A stretch of 64,000 nt of DNA from Bdellovibrionales bacterium (GTDB lineage Bacteria > Bdellovibrionota > Bdellovibrionia > Bdellovibrionales > CAYMLA01): contig OZ244239.1 in assembly GCA_965217115.1 (NCBI GenBank), positions 1,728,001 to 1,792,000 of the forward strand, in the 5' to 3' direction. Made by a program: the position numbers and the translations under genes. The notes under the pieces were generated by a model. The model ran no database searches. It saw only the letters and a list, made by a program, of their open reading frames with translations, and was not told the DNA's origin. Numbering within the stretch: the stretch's first letter is position 1; the number at the start of each line of letters is the position of its first letter. Positions 17,894 to 28,227 of the stretch are shown one piece after another.

Positions 17894-19858
17894 ATGAAAG
17901 AAATTAAGTTATTTTTGCTAACGATTTTTTTGGGAACCCCTTTTACTTGGGCAAAGATGACTTATCTGAGTCAGGTGGAAGATAATCGAGTTGTTGTGCT
18001 AGCCAATGATGATGGTTCAGAGGGAAGAGTGGTTTCTCCTCAAGATAAGCATGCCTATCATCCAGAGATAAGTTCTGATGGCCGTTATTTGGCTTACTCA
18101 GTGGGAACGATTCTTCCAAACCGTAAAATTGATGTAGCAATTCATGTGAAAGATTTGCAAACAGGGGATATCGAAGTGTGGACTCCCTCGGGGAATCAGT
18201 ACATTCATGCAGAGTTTTCAGGTGATGGAGAATACTTGGCCTTTAGTATGCCAGTTGAGAGAGAAGGAAAAAAAATTCAGAATATTGCTTTGGTGAATTT
18301 AAAAGAAGAAAGAAAAAAAAGAGCTAAAAAAGTGAAGGCTATAGATGGGGTGAAACATAGGTTTTACTCTCCTGACCTTGAAATTATTCAAAGTAAATAC
18401 CATTCTTATTTTCCAGCCATAGCTTCTGATGGTGCATTTGTTATTTACCATAGAACCAAAGATGTATCGTCTAAATCAACTCCTAAAGAAGTGGTTTTAT
18501 ACGATCGTTGGTCAAAGGAGACGACATTATTAACAGCTCCTAATGGTCATGGGATGGTGCCCTCATTATCATCAGATAATCGTCATATAGCTTATACAGG
18601 AATTCTTAATGGAGTGTGGGACATTCATTTGATTGATCGTTGGACGAAAGAGATCACCCAAATCACTCATTCACCGGACAAGGAGTTCACTCCTGTTTTT
18701 GCTCCTGATGGATCTATTAGTTACTCTCACATTACCGAAAAAGAAGACCTTTTCGAAATTGATATTTATAAAATTAGCAAAGAGGATGTTTTTGGCCATA
18801 GAGGGAAGGTGATTCCTCGACCCCTCATTAATGAGGTGGGAGTTTTTGAGTATGTACCTTCTTTTTCAGGGGATCTTTCCATTGAATTAAGACAGTATAG
18901 TGATATTCCAAATCCGGCGCGTTCCTCTTTTGCAACGGTTAAGAAAGGTCAGAAAATTTATGTGATCGGGGGGCATCAGGGGAAAGAGCATACCTATCCG
19001 CCAGAATCTTTTTTAAAGAGGTTGGATATTTATGATATTACAACGGGAACATGGTCTCAAGCGGCTTCAATGAACTTTGCCAAGCATGGATTTCAGGCTG
19101 TGGTTCATGGTAGGTATATTTATACGTTTGGTGGATTTGCTTTTTCAGCTAATCATAAACCAGGCTGGAAATCTCTGGACGTAGTTGAGAGATATGATGT
19201 TGAAAAAAATAAATGGACAGTTTTAAAGACACGTCTGCCAAGAAGAAGATCATCGAATGTCTCTATTAAGATGAGAAACAAGGTCTACCTTTTAGGTGGC
19301 TGGAACAGCACGCCTAAGCATGAAGGGGATTTTAATGGAAAGTTTCATCAAGAAATCGATGTCTTTGATCTTAATAACGAGACAGTGGAAGTTTTAAAAG
19401 AAAAATTACCACAACCCTTGAGAAGAGCTTTAACTGGAGTGACCGTTGGCGATGAAATTATTTTATTAGGTGGAATTTCAGAAGGAGGAAGTCATTTTAA
19501 ATGGTTAGACCATGTGACTGCTTTTAATGTGAAGAATAATGTGTGGAAGGAGTATCCTAAATTACCATTTAAAACATTTGCCCCAGGAGCAGGAGTTGCT
19601 AATGGAAGGTTGTTTCTTCTTGGTGGAATGAACGAACAATTTGAGTATTTGAATACGATCTATAGTTTTGACCTTCAGAAAAAGAAGGAGTGGGTAAATA
19701 CAGGAAGATACTTAAAAGAGAATAAAGGCTTCCCACAAGTGATCAATCTAGATAAAGATTCATTGGGGATTCTTGGTGGGCACACATATATTTTTGAAGA
19801 TGATGGAAACGTGGTAGATACACCCGTATCAACTTTTGAATTACTTTTGGTCGAGTAA
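17894..19858 (+). CDS. Secreted protein with TolB-like (PD40) and Kelch beta-propellers
   Basis: Signal peptide from ATG 17894 (MKEIKLFLLTIFLGTPFTWA); PD40-type repeats (HPEISSDGRYLAY, PVFAPDG); Kelch repeats (IYVIGG, IYTFGG, VYLLGG, LFLLGG). Confidence 0.82.
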   Translation: MKEIKLFLLTIFLGTPFTWAKMTYLSQVEDNRVVVLANDDGSEGRVVSPQDKHAYHPEISSDGRYLAYSVGTILPNRKIDVAIHVKDLQTGDIEVWTPSGNQYIHAEFSGDGEYLAFSMPVEREGKKIQNIALVNLKEERKKRAKKVKAIDGVKHRFYSPDLEIIQSKYHSYFPAIASDGAFVIYHRTKDVSSKSTPKEVVLYDRWSKETTLLTAPNGHGMVPSLSSDNRHIAYTGILNGVWDIHLIDRWTKEITQITHSPDKEFTPVFAPDGSISYSHITEKEDLFEIDIYKISKEDVFGHRGKVIPRPLINEVGVFEYVPSFSGDLSIELRQYSDIPNPARSSFATVKKGQKIYVIGGHQGKEHTYPPESFLKRLDIYDITTGTWSQAASMNFAKHGFQAVVHGRYIYTFGGFAFSANHKPGWKSLDVVERYDVEKNKWTVLKTRLPRRRSSNVSIKMRNKVYLLGGWNSTPKHEGDFNGKFHQEIDVFDLNNETVEVLKEKLPQPLRRALTGVTVGDEIILLGGISEGGSHFKWLDHVTAFNVKNNVWKEYPKLPFKTFAPGAGVANGRLFLLGGMNEQFEYLNTIYSFDLQKKKEWVNTGRYLKENKGFPQVINLDKDSLGILGGHTYIFEDDGNVVDTPVSTFELLLVE

Positions 19859-19897
19859 TCTATCTTTTTAAGAAGAGATTCATTTGTTTGAAATTGT

Positions 19898-20461
19898 TTA
19901 TTTGTTGACACGTTCTAGGTATTCGCTAGAGCGTGTGTCTATTTTGAGGACATCACCCACTTTTATATGTAAAGGAACGTTAACAATGAGGCCTGTCTCT
20001 AATGTAGCTGGTTTAATTGCTCCAGTGACCGTGTTGCCTTTTACACCTGGATCTGTTTCTCTGACGGTGAGATTTACAGTATTAGGAATTTCTGTAGCAC
20101 AGGGTTTTTCGTCGAGGAAGAGAATTTTAACTTTCATGTTTTCGACAATAAAATTTTTGGAGGAACCAATTTCAGCATCCATTAAAATGATCTGATCGAA
20201 GGTTTCCGGGTGCATGAAATTATAACCAGAATCATCTTGATAGAGAAAGTTGTAATCTGAGTACATGACATCGGGCTGTTCAAACTTCTCTCCAGAACGG
20301 ATTGTTTTTTCTAGATTACTATTTTTAATGAGATGCCTTAGCTTGATACGGGAAAATTGGTTCCCTTTTCCTGGTTTGATATGTTCAAACTCGGTTATTT
20401 CATAGGGTTGTCCTTCAAAAATAAGTTTAAGACCTTTTTTAAAATCAGATGTGCTTATCAT
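19898..20461 (-). CDS. efp: Translation elongation factor P
   Basis: HIKPGKG loop, DPGVKGNT, KPATLETG and DTR..EYLER motifs. Confidence 0.97.
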   Translation of the reverse strand: MISTSDFKKGLKLIFEGQPYEITEFEHIKPGKGNQFSRIKLRHLIKNSNLEKTIRSGEKFEQPDVMYSDYNFLYQDDSGYNFMHPETFDQIILMDAEIGSSKNFIVENMKVKILFLDEKPCATEIPNTVNLTVRETDPGVKGNTVTGAIKPATLETGLIVNVPLHIKVGDVLKIDTRSSEYLERVNK

Positions 20462-20565
20462 AATACAGTCACCTTGGTTTGATTATCAGTAAAGGCAAGG
20501 CACGTATTGCAACAGTGATTGCGCGCCTGAGGTTTTAGACAGAATGAGTGATTAGCCTAAATTAA

Positions 20566-21345
20566 TTAAAAGAGATTGGCAACCACGGGAATGCGACGTG
20601 CTTGAATGCGATCAAGGAGAGATTGTAGGAGTTTAATTTTCTTTACCGCTAATGTCGTGGGTATTTTAGTAGGTGCAGTTTCTTCTGTGAGCTGAGAGGT
20701 TTTGTTGCTTAGCAGCTGTGAGCGGCGTTGAATTTCTGGATGATTTTTGATTTTTAAGGGACTGTTGCTAATGATTTCATGGACTTTGTCCAGGCGATTT
20801 TGAACGATATAGGCATCTATGAGAGAGAGAGTTTTCTCTAAGCCTTGTGTTGTGAGGGGGGTGTCCTTGTTTTCAGAGGATTCAATGGGGAAAATAAATT
20901 CAAAATCAAAGAGATCGGGATTGTATTCATTGGCTGTGAGGCTTTCGAGTTTTTTTACGACACGAGCAGCTTTGGGGTCAGTAGGGTTTAAGAGTAGGTT
21001 TATCTTATAGGCTTTAAGGGCTTTTTTTGGTTTTTTTAGGCGCAGAGCCAGTTCTCCCAGAAGAGCGTGTGCGAGAATATTATCGGGAGCTAAATCTGTA
21101 GCCATTTCTATGTGTTGCAGGGCTTCGTCGTAATGCCCCTGATCTATCAGTATTCGCCCTAGACAGAGATATCCCCCTGGAAATTGAGGATGCTGATGGA
21201 TGCCTTTATGGCAAAGACGCATAGCTTCATCAAAATGCTGTATTTTTCGATAGGCCTCAGCTAAAGGGGCGAAAACCTTGGATTTAGGGTCTTTTTCGTA
21301 GAGGGCTTTGTAGTTCTCGATAGACTTTCTTTTTTGGGTGTCCAT
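20566..21345 (-). CDS. TPR-repeat protein
   Basis: DPKSKVFAPLAEAYRK N-terminus followed by tandem TPR helices. Confidence 0.8.
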   Translation of the reverse strand: MDTQKRKSIENYKALYEKDPKSKVFAPLAEAYRKIQHFDEAMRLCHKGIHQHPQFPGGYLCLGRILIDQGHYDEALQHIEMATDLAPDNILAHALLGELALRLKKPKKALKAYKINLLLNPTDPKAARVVKKLESLTANEYNPDLFDFEFIFPIESSENKDTPLTTQGLEKTLSLIDAYIVQNRLDKVHEIISNSPLKIKNHPEIQRRSQLLSNKTSQLTEETAPTKIPTTLAVKKIKLLQSLLDRIQARRIPVVANLF

Positions 21346-21457
21346 AGGGTTAAGTGTTCCATGACTGTATTATGAGTTCAAGCTATACTCTACTGGTGTG
21401 TGACATTGATTTATTCAAAAGGGTTTTGATGTTTGTTTTGGGGCCAATAAATAGTAT

Positions 21458-21988
21458 GTGGGGTGGAATTTGACTTCTATTTTGGGAATAGACCCTGGTT
21501 CACAAGTATTAGGTTATGGTTTAATCACTGAAAAAAATGGTGAATTCAGAAGTTTAGACCATGGAGTGATTAAGCAAACGGCGAAGAGTCCTTTCTCTGA
21601 ACGCCTATTGGTGATTGGTCAGAGATTGGGGCAAATTATGGATCAGCATTGTCCAGAGGTTTTGGCAATTGAAGATATTTTCCTTGGGAAAAATGTGCAA
21701 AGTGCTTTTAAATTAGGTCATGTTCGAGGTGTTATTCTATATGAAGCTCAGAAAAGAGGAATGGAAATTTTTGAATGGTCTCCACGTTCGGTTAAGAAAG
21801 GAATTACAGGAAAAGGAAACGCAACTAAAGAGCAGGTGGAGTTACTTGTGAAGCGATTCTTGAATTTAGAAAAAATTAACCTTACTATAAATTCGAGCGA
21901 CGCTTCTGATGCTTTGGCCGTGGCTCTTTATCAAGCCCGTCGGTTAGAGATAGATCGACGTTTAAAGAAAGTGGGAGTTCCCTTGTGA
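21458..21988 (+). CDS. ruvC: Holliday junction resolvase RuvC
   Basis: ILGIDPG, LAIEDIF, G.GNATKEQV and DASDALAVA motifs. Confidence 0.96.
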   Translation: MGWNLTSILGIDPGSQVLGYGLITEKNGEFRSLDHGVIKQTAKSPFSERLLVIGQRLGQIMDQHCPEVLAIEDIFLGKNVQSAFKLGHVRGVILYEAQKRGMEIFEWSPRSVKKGITGKGNATKEQVELLVKRFLNLEKINLTINSSDASDALAVALYQARRLEIDRRLKKVGVPL

Positions 21989-22560
21989 TAGGCTTTTTAA
22001 AAGGAAGGGTTATTGATGTTGATGTTGATTCTCTTATGCTCGATGTGAATGGAGTTGGTTATGAAATTTTTTGCTCAAAAAATGTATTGAGAAGCAAGGT
22101 TTTAGGAGGTGAAGAGAGCTTTTTTATTTACACCCATGTTCGAGAAGAGACACTATCTCTCTTTGGTTTTATGGATATTATGGAAAAGAGGTTGTTTTTA
22201 TCATTACTTAAAGTCAACGGGGTTGGCGCAAAGATGGCGATGGCTATTTTGTCAGGCACAACTCTTAAAGAACTTTCACGAATGATAGAGAGCAATGATG
22301 TGAAGGGGTTGACTCGTTTACCGAAGGTGGGAAAGAAGAAGGCGGAGCAAATTATTCTCTCACTTAAAGGAAAGCTTGTTATTGAGGGAGAAGATAACCA
22401 AGGGCAGACTCTAAATAGAGATGTGGCGTCGGCTTTGGTTAATTTGGGCTTTAAGTCTTCTGACGTTGAAGAGGCCGTAAAGAGTTTAGATTTAAACTTG
22501 TCTGTGGAAGAGAGTGTTAAACAAGGATTATCAATCTTAAAAGGGCATAGAAGCCGTTAA
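21985..22560 (+). CDS. ruvA: Holliday junction branch migration protein RuvA
   Basis: DVNGVGYE, HhH motifs VNGVGAKMA and LPKVGKKKA, and ALVNLGF. Confidence 0.96.
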   Translation: MIGFLKGRVIDVDVDSLMLDVNGVGYEIFCSKNVLRSKVLGGEESFFIYTHVREETLSLFGFMDIMEKRLFLSLLKVNGVGAKMAMAILSGTTLKELSRMIESNDVKGLTRLPKVGKKKAEQIILSLKGKLVIEGEDNQGQTLNRDVASALVNLGFKSSDVEEAVKSLDLNLSVEESVKQGLSILKGHRSR

Positions 22561-22575
22561 AAGGGAATTGTATTT

Positions 22576-23562
22576 GTGGAAAGAATATCAGATAGCCATG
22601 AATTTTCAGGGGAAGGTCGGATTGAAAATATTTTGCGCCCTAAAAATTTCGATGAGTTTCCAGGTCAAACTTCGGTAAAACAAAAGTTAAAAGTCTTTGT
22701 TCAGGCGGCGAAAAAAAGAGAAGAGCCCCTTGATCACAGTTTATTTTTTGGTCCTCCAGGTTTGGGTAAAACGACTTTGGCCTGTATTATTTCTGAAGAG
22801 ATGGGAGTGGAATGTCAAACAACCTCAGGCCCTGCTTTGGATAAAAAGGGTGATTTGGCGGCTATTTTGGTGGGGCTTCAGCCAAACTCGGTGCTTTTTA
22901 TTGATGAAATTCATCGCCTTAATAGAACTGTTGAGGAATATTTATACAGTGCAATGGAAGATTACTTTATTGATATCATAACGGGTGAAGGGCTTGGAGC
23001 ACAGACGATGAAGTTCCGCTTATCACCGTTCACTTTGGTGGGAGCGACAACTCGCCCAGGATTATTAAATGCTCCTTTTCGTGATCGTTTTGGTATTCAA
23101 GAAAGATTGAATTTCTATGAGCGTGACGATTTGATAAAAATATTACTACGCTCGGCTAAACTTTTAGAAGTGAATATTGATGAGATAGGTGCTAAGGAGA
23201 TCGCAGGTCGTTCCCGTGGGACGCCTCGTATAGCGAACCGACTGTTAAAGAGGGTGAGAGACTATGCTCAGGTGGAAGGTTCAGGGGAGATTGATCAGAA
23301 GATTGCTAATTATGCTTTAGATAAATTAGGGGTGGATCGTATTGGTTTGGACGAGATGGATCGTCGTATTCTTTCGACGATTCATGAAAAATTTTCTGGT
23401 GGCCCTGTTGGTATTGAAACATTAAGTGCCTCATTAAGCGAAGAGCGTGATTCTTTAGAGGAGGTTTATGAACCTTACCTTCTTCAAGAGGGTCTTTTGC
23501 AAAAGACCCCCCGTGGTCGAATGTTGACAGATACAGCTAAAAAACATCTTGAGAATGTGTAG
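22576..23562 (+). CDS. ruvB: Holliday junction DNA helicase RuvB
   Basis: [33 protein letters not shown] and TPRGR motifs. Confidence 0.98.
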   Translation: MERISDSHEFSGEGRIENILRPKNFDEFPGQTSVKQKLKVFVQAAKKREEPLDHSLFFGPPGLGKTTLACIISEEMGVECQTTSGPALDKKGDLAAILVGLQPNSVLFIDEIHRLNRTVEEYLYSAMEDYFIDIITGEGLGAQTMKFRLSPFTLVGATTRPGLLNAPFRDRFGIQERLNFYERDDLIKILLRSAKLLEVNIDEIGAKEIAGRSRGTPRIANRLLKRVRDYAQVEGSGEIDQKIANYALDKLGVDRIGLDEMDRRILSTIHEKFSGGPVGIETLSASLSEERDSLEEVYEPYLLQEGLLQKTPRGRMLTDTAKKHLENV

Positions 23563-23596
23563 AGATTCTGTAGCGACCTGTCCATAAAAAGCGTGT

Positions 23597-24733
23597 TTAC
23601 CTTTTAGAGAGCAAGTGGATGTGACTTGAGCCCTCTTGTTGAATGCCTTTATTGAGTTTAATTTTCTCCCCATCTTTCTGGCCTTGGGTATAGGATTGGT
23701 TGTCAAATTGACTGGGATGGTTTGAGGTTCGATTGTGCATGCGAGGATAACGTGAGGACATGAAGTCTCTAATATTTTTTTCATCTTGTTTGATAAGGCT
23801 TTTGATTTTTGAAGAAGGGGAGTTTAAAGAGTGATCTTGAGAGGATAAGTCAGGGGCTCTGCTGAGTGTCTGCTCAAGGTTTTTTCTAAAGCCTTTAATG
23901 ACACCCATATAGTAGGATCGTCGGTTGCTGAAGTTGTCTTTGTTTTTAACCCATAACTGCGTGAGTTGTTGGTTGAGAAAGTAATAAACATATTCAGCAA
24001 TGAGAACGTTCTCCTGTCTTCCCATGAGTTCAATGGTTTTATGGATTTGATTTGTTTGCGGATCGTAAAGATCACTGAAGATGGCTTGCACGAAATAGTA
24101 TTCACTCAATAAACCGACGATTTGGCTCTGATGAAATTCGATACGTTTTTTTTTGTGATTGATAATCAAGTAAACACAATCATCGGAGGGTTCGGAATCG
24201 GAGAGTTTGTCGACGTTATATTTTAAAATAAGTTGTTGGGCTTTGGCAGCAGCACGATAGGCCTCGTGTTCATTGGTGGATTGTGCAAGAGAGAGAAGTT
24301 TTTTTATTTTTCTCAATGGAGAATTCCGATTGTCGAATTCATTCTGCCGTCTCTGCCATTGTTCTTTCCATAAAGGAATGGGTTGATCTAGATCGATGGA
24401 GGCACTGTTAAATGGAGGACAAATTCCAATGCTTTTACAAGCTTTTTGAAAAGAGGCTCTATGCCCATCGTCTGTTCGATACAGTTCACTGCAAATTTGA
24501 TGGGCCATTTCATGTTTGAAAATCTGCAGAACAACATCCCAAGGATAGTTGAGGATGAGGGTCTTTGATATTTCGATCTTTCTCTCATAGGGAGACCACC
24601 GTCCCCAGTGGCTCTTATTATCTGTGATTTCAATAACAGCAGGTCGCAGTTTGAGGCGATATTGAAAACAGATGTACTCATGTTCTCTTAACAGCTGCTG
24701 ACACCATTTTTTTATGTCCACCGTTTTCCCCAC
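23597..24733 (-). CDS. SprT-like metallopeptidase with DUF2786-like domain
   Basis: WGRW, HEMAH and H...F motifs of SprT; KIKKLLSLAQSTNEHEA..A..KAQQLI.KY of DUF2786. Confidence 0.8.
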   Translation of the reverse strand: MGKTVDIKKWCQQLLREHEYICFQYRLKLRPAVIEITDNKSHWGRWSPYERKIEISKTLILNYPWDVVLQIFKHEMAHQICSELYRTDDGHRASFQKACKSIGICPPFNSASIDLDQPIPLWKEQWQRRQNEFDNRNSPLRKIKKLLSLAQSTNEHEAYRAAAKAQQLILKYNVDKLSDSEPSDDCVYLIINHKKKRIEFHQSQIVGLLSEYYFVQAIFSDLYDPQTNQIHKTIELMGRQENVLIAEYVYYFLNQQLTQLWVKNKDNFSNRRSYYMGVIKGFRKNLEQTLSRAPDLSSQDHSLNSPSSKIKSLIKQDEKNIRDFMSSRYPRMHNRTSNHPSQFDNQSYTQGQKDGEKIKLNKGIQQEGSSHIHLLSKR

Positions 24734-24826
24734 CGCATTCTCGCCCCCAGAAAAAACATTTAACTAAACCTTATACATTTTTTTCACCTGAAAAGCTATA
24801 AAGAACAGACCCCCCCCCCACAAACA

Positions 24827-25091
24827 CCCCCTTCCCCTTCCCCTTCTCCTCTTCCTTTCCCTTTTCCTTTCCCTTTCCCTTTTCCTTCTCCTTTTCCTTT
24901 TCCTTTTCCTTTTCCTTCTCCTTCTCCTTTTCCTTTTCCTTCTCCCTTCTCCCTTCTTCTTCTCCCTTCTCCCTTCTCCCTTCTCCCTTCTTCTTCCCCT
25001 TTTTCTTCCCCTTTCCCCCTTTTTCCCCCTTTTCCCCCTTTCCTCCCTTTTTCCCCTTTCCTCCCTTTTTTCCCTTTTTTCCCTCCCTCCC
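24827..25091 (+). repeat. 265-nt pure pyrimidine low-complexity tract
   Basis: Only C and T between 24827 and 25091; the core is a TCCTTT/TCCTTC hexamer repeat. Confidence 0.9.
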
Positions 25092-25127
25092 GCCCCCCCC
25101 CGCTGTCCCCCCTCCCATTGCAGCTTT

Positions 25128-25257
25128 CAGTGAGCCGTGATTCCAAGGGGGTTGTCTCCAAGTGAGTTCGGCTTGGTGCGCTGCTCACTTCAGTGAGCGG
25201 CGCCGCCAAACGCATGTCTGAACATGGAGACAACCCCCTTGGAATCACGGCTCACTG
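25128..25257. repeat. 130-bp palindromic element with perfect 33-bp terminal inverted repeats and an internal hairpin (MITE/REP-like)
   Basis: CAGTGAGCCGTGATTCCAAGGGGGTTGTCTCCA at 25128-25160 is the exact reverse complement of 25225-25257; the inner hairpin is GCGCTGCTCACT-TC-AGTGAGCGGCGC. Confidence 0.85.
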
Positions 25258-25379
25258 CCGGAAGCCAAATTTTTGGGAAGTAATACAAAATGAAATTTTA
25301 CAGTAGCTAACTCCCCACGAAAAGGCTACTTTGAGGGGCTTCCCAGAGAAGTGACTTAAGAACTAGAGATGGATAAGCT

Positions 25380-26291
25380 ATGTATTTACAAAGAACACTC
25401 AATCAGCGTGCCAAAGTAGAAGGGATTGGTTTGCATTCAGGGCAACCCTGCTCGTTGACCTTTTGTCCTGCGCCGACAAATACAGGGATTTATTTTGTGC
25501 GTACAGATATTGAAGGGAGGCCTCTTCTTGAGGCAAAAGTGTCAAATGTGCAGGCGACTTCTCGGGCGACCACTTTAGGTGGTAAAGATTTTTCGATTCA
25601 TACTGTGGAGCATTGTTTATCAGCTCTGGCAGCTTTTCGAATAGATAATCTTCTTATAGAGCTTGATGGTCCAGAGATCCCCATTGATGATGGGAGTTCT
25701 CAAGTTTTTTTACAGGCTATCTTAGAAGCTGGCGTTGTTGAGCAAGATCAGCCGCGTAAATATGCCTACATAACTCAACCTATTTTCTATGGTAATGAAG
25801 AAAAGCACGCCTATGTTATGCCTTATAATGGCTTGCGTTTGACTTGCACAATTGACTTTCCCCATAAGAAGGTTGGTCGGCAAAAAATTGATTTAGATAT
25901 TAATGAGAGAACTTATCAAGATGAGTTAGCTTCTGCACGAACATTTGGTTTTATGAAAGATCTAGAGCCTTTACAAGCAGCGGGTTTGGCTAAAGGAGTG
26001 AGTTTAAATAATACTATTGGTCTTACTGAAGATGGTATTATGAATGAAGATGGTTTGCGTTTTAATAATGAATTTGTTCGCCATAAGGCTTTGGATGCGT
26101 TGGGGGATATTGTGACCTTAGGATTTCCAATCATGGGTCATTTTGTTTGTTACAAGGCGGGGCATGATTTGTTAAACAGCCTTGTGAAGAAGATTCTTGT
26201 CTCACAGGACTCCTATCAACATGTGGAATTAGGTGCCTATGCTCCTGAAGATTTTTTTGACCGCAGTCAGTATCAGTGGGATTATAAATAG
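25380..26291 (+). CDS. lpxC: UDP-3-O-acyl-N-acetylglucosamine deacetylase
   Basis: GIGLHSG, TVEH, ARTFGF, RHKALD and KAGH motifs. Confidence 0.97.
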   Translation: MYLQRTLNQRAKVEGIGLHSGQPCSLTFCPAPTNTGIYFVRTDIEGRPLLEAKVSNVQATSRATTLGGKDFSIHTVEHCLSALAAFRIDNLLIELDGPEIPIDDGSSQVFLQAILEAGVVEQDQPRKYAYITQPIFYGNEEKHAYVMPYNGLRLTCTIDFPHKKVGRQKIDLDINERTYQDELASARTFGFMKDLEPLQAAGLAKGVSLNNTIGLTEDGIMNEDGLRFNNEFVRHKALDALGDIVTLGFPIMGHFVCYKAGHDLLNSLVKKILVSQDSYQHVELGAYAPEDFFDRSQYQWDYK

Positions 26292-26417
26292 CTGGAATCA
26301 CTACATTTTAATGGATTTAAAAATATCGATCTGTGCAAGGTTGCATTGACCTTTAGGGTCTCGTGAGTTAAACACTGACGACAATAAAATAGCTCTAGAA
26401 GATGGGGATTTTTTGCA

Positions 26418-27533
26418 ATGATCATTGGTGTGCCTAAAGAGATTAAAATTAGTGAGAATAGGGTTGGTTTAACTGAGGCAGGAGTGCGTCAGTTGGTGCG
26501 TGAAGGACATAGTCTTTTAGTTGAAAAAGATGCTGGTGTTGGCATTGGTTTGTCCAATAATGATTATGAGAAAATGGGTGCGCAGATTATTGATTCCAAA
26601 ATGAGCGTTTATCGCAAGGCTGAAATGATCGTAAAGGTTAAAGAACCTTTGCCTGATGAGTATGATTTGATGCAAGAAAATCAAATTTTATACACGTATC
26701 TGCATTTGGCGGCGGAGCCAAAGCTCACCAAAGTGTTGTGTGAGCGCAAAGTTAAGGCTGTGGCCTATGAAACTATTGAGGCAGCAGATGGGTCGTTGCC
26801 TTTGCTTATTCCTATGAGTGAAGTGGCAGGGCGTATGGCGACACAGATAGGAGCCTTTTATCTACAAAAAGACAAGGGTGGTAAGGGTGTATTGTTGGGC
26901 GGAGTGACAGGGGTGACTCCAGCTAAGGTGACGATCATTGGTGGCGGAGTGGTTGGCACTAATGCAGCTAAAATGGCCGTTGGATTAGGTGCTGAGGTGA
27001 CTGTTTTGGATGTGAATCACGCGAGGTTACGTTATTTGGATGATGTTTTTGGAGGAAGGCTAAGAACCCTCCATTCTAATTATACAAACATTGAAACTTC
27101 AGTGAAAAATTCTGATCTCGTTATTGGAGCTGTTCTCTTGGCAGGGTGTAAGGCTCCAGTGCTTGTGACTAAAGAGATGATTAAGCAAATGGAAAGAGGT
27201 TCCGTGGTTGTTGATGTGGCAGTGGACCAAGGTGGTTGCATAGAGACTTGTCGTCCAACAAGTCACACGGAGCCGACGTATAATATTGATGATGTGATTC
27301 ATTACTGCGTGCCTAATATGCCTGGTGTCGTGGCGAGGACGTCAACATACGCATTGACCAATTGCACATTTAGATATGCTTCAATCATTGCAGAGATGGG
27401 TTTGGAAGAGGCTCTAGCTAAGGACTCTTATTTGCTAAAGGGCTTAAATACCTACGGTGGCCATGTCACCTATGGGCCTGTCGCAAAGGCCCTGGATATG
27501 AAGTACACCCCCTATTCCTGCACTGACAGCTGA
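26418..27533 (+). CDS. ald: Alanine dehydrogenase
   Basis: [30 protein letters not shown] and HYCVPNMPG motifs. Confidence 0.97.
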   Translation: MIIGVPKEIKISENRVGLTEAGVRQLVREGHSLLVEKDAGVGIGLSNNDYEKMGAQIIDSKMSVYRKAEMIVKVKEPLPDEYDLMQENQILYTYLHLAAEPKLTKVLCERKVKAVAYETIEAADGSLPLLIPMSEVAGRMATQIGAFYLQKDKGGKGVLLGGVTGVTPAKVTIIGGGVVGTNAAKMAVGLGAEVTVLDVNHARLRYLDDVFGGRLRTLHSNYTNIETSVKNSDLVIGAVLLAGCKAPVLVTKEMIKQMERGSVVVDVAVDQGGCIETCRPTSHTEPTYNIDDVIHYCVPNMPGVVARTSTYALTNCTFRYASIIAEMGLEEALAKDSYLLKGLNTYGGHVTYGPVAKALDMKYTPYSCTDS

Positions 27534-27900
27534 CGACGGACTTAATAAAAGCCATTGTAGATCACTTTAAACACCTCTGGCCCTTGAGAGGTTATTCAGC
27601 CCTATCAATCTCAAACATCAAGTCTCAGCAGGTCAAAAAACCAACCCTGTTGAGTTGATAATGTATTTTTTCTAAAAAAAATATAGATTTTTTTAGGCCT
27701 GTATCTAACCTATTATATTAAGGTTTTTAGCTAAAACAGACAAATTATTAATCTATTAGAGAATAAAAGGAAGAAACACATAGACAGATTGCTGCGCCGC
27801 GTAGTACGTTGTGCCGAAACAGAGAAACAGTGCTGAGCCTTAGATTTTTTTAGATCAGCTTAAATTAAAAATGTTTCCCAAAAAATAGGAGAGTATTAGA

Positions 27901-28170
27901 ATGGAAAAAACAGTGAAAAGAACAGTGATGATGTTGGTGTTGGGTTTGAGCTTAAGCGCAAATGCGACGTATAATGGTGGTGGTATATGCTCTGGATCAG
28001 ATTGCAATCTGACTCCTACAGAGTCAGCGGTGATCATAGATGATGCCCAGAATTTTTTAAATGGCGGTGATGCTTCAGAAGTATTTGCCCTTAGTTTTGC
28101 TGGCGCTTTGCTGGAAGACACCTCTCTAACTGCTGAAGAGTATGCCCAACAAATTCTTGAAGGTGAGTAG
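27901..28170 (+). CDS. Small secreted protein, copy 1 (DUF2388-like)
   Basis: SD AGGAG; signal peptide ending ANA; CSGSDC; C-terminal DDAQNFL...EEYAQQIL resembles the DUF2388 DDA..FVA....LAQAIL pattern as I recall it. Confidence 0.8.
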   Translation: MEKTVKRTVMMLVLGLSLSANATYNGGGICSGSDCNLTPTESAVIIDDAQNFLNGGDASEVFALSFAGALLEDTSLTAEEYAQQILEGE

Positions 28171-28193
28171 TTAAGTAGGTTTTTTTTGTGACA

Positions 28194-28227
28194 GGCCTGC
28201 TCCAGAAGATTTTTTTTGGAGTGGGCC
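28194..28227 (+). terminator. Stem-loop after copy 1 (repeated at 28785-28817 and 29362-29399); leaky terminator or stability element
   Basis: GGCCTGCTCCA/TGGAGTGGGCC stem; copy 3 shows a compensatory change (GACC/GGTT); only a weak U-tract follows. Confidence 0.6.

Noticed and set aside
24771..25248. ORFs 24771-25118 and 24796-25248 encoding G/K/E-rich proteins
   Set aside because: They are open only because a purine-only strand cannot contain stop codons, and the underlying tract may be an artefact.
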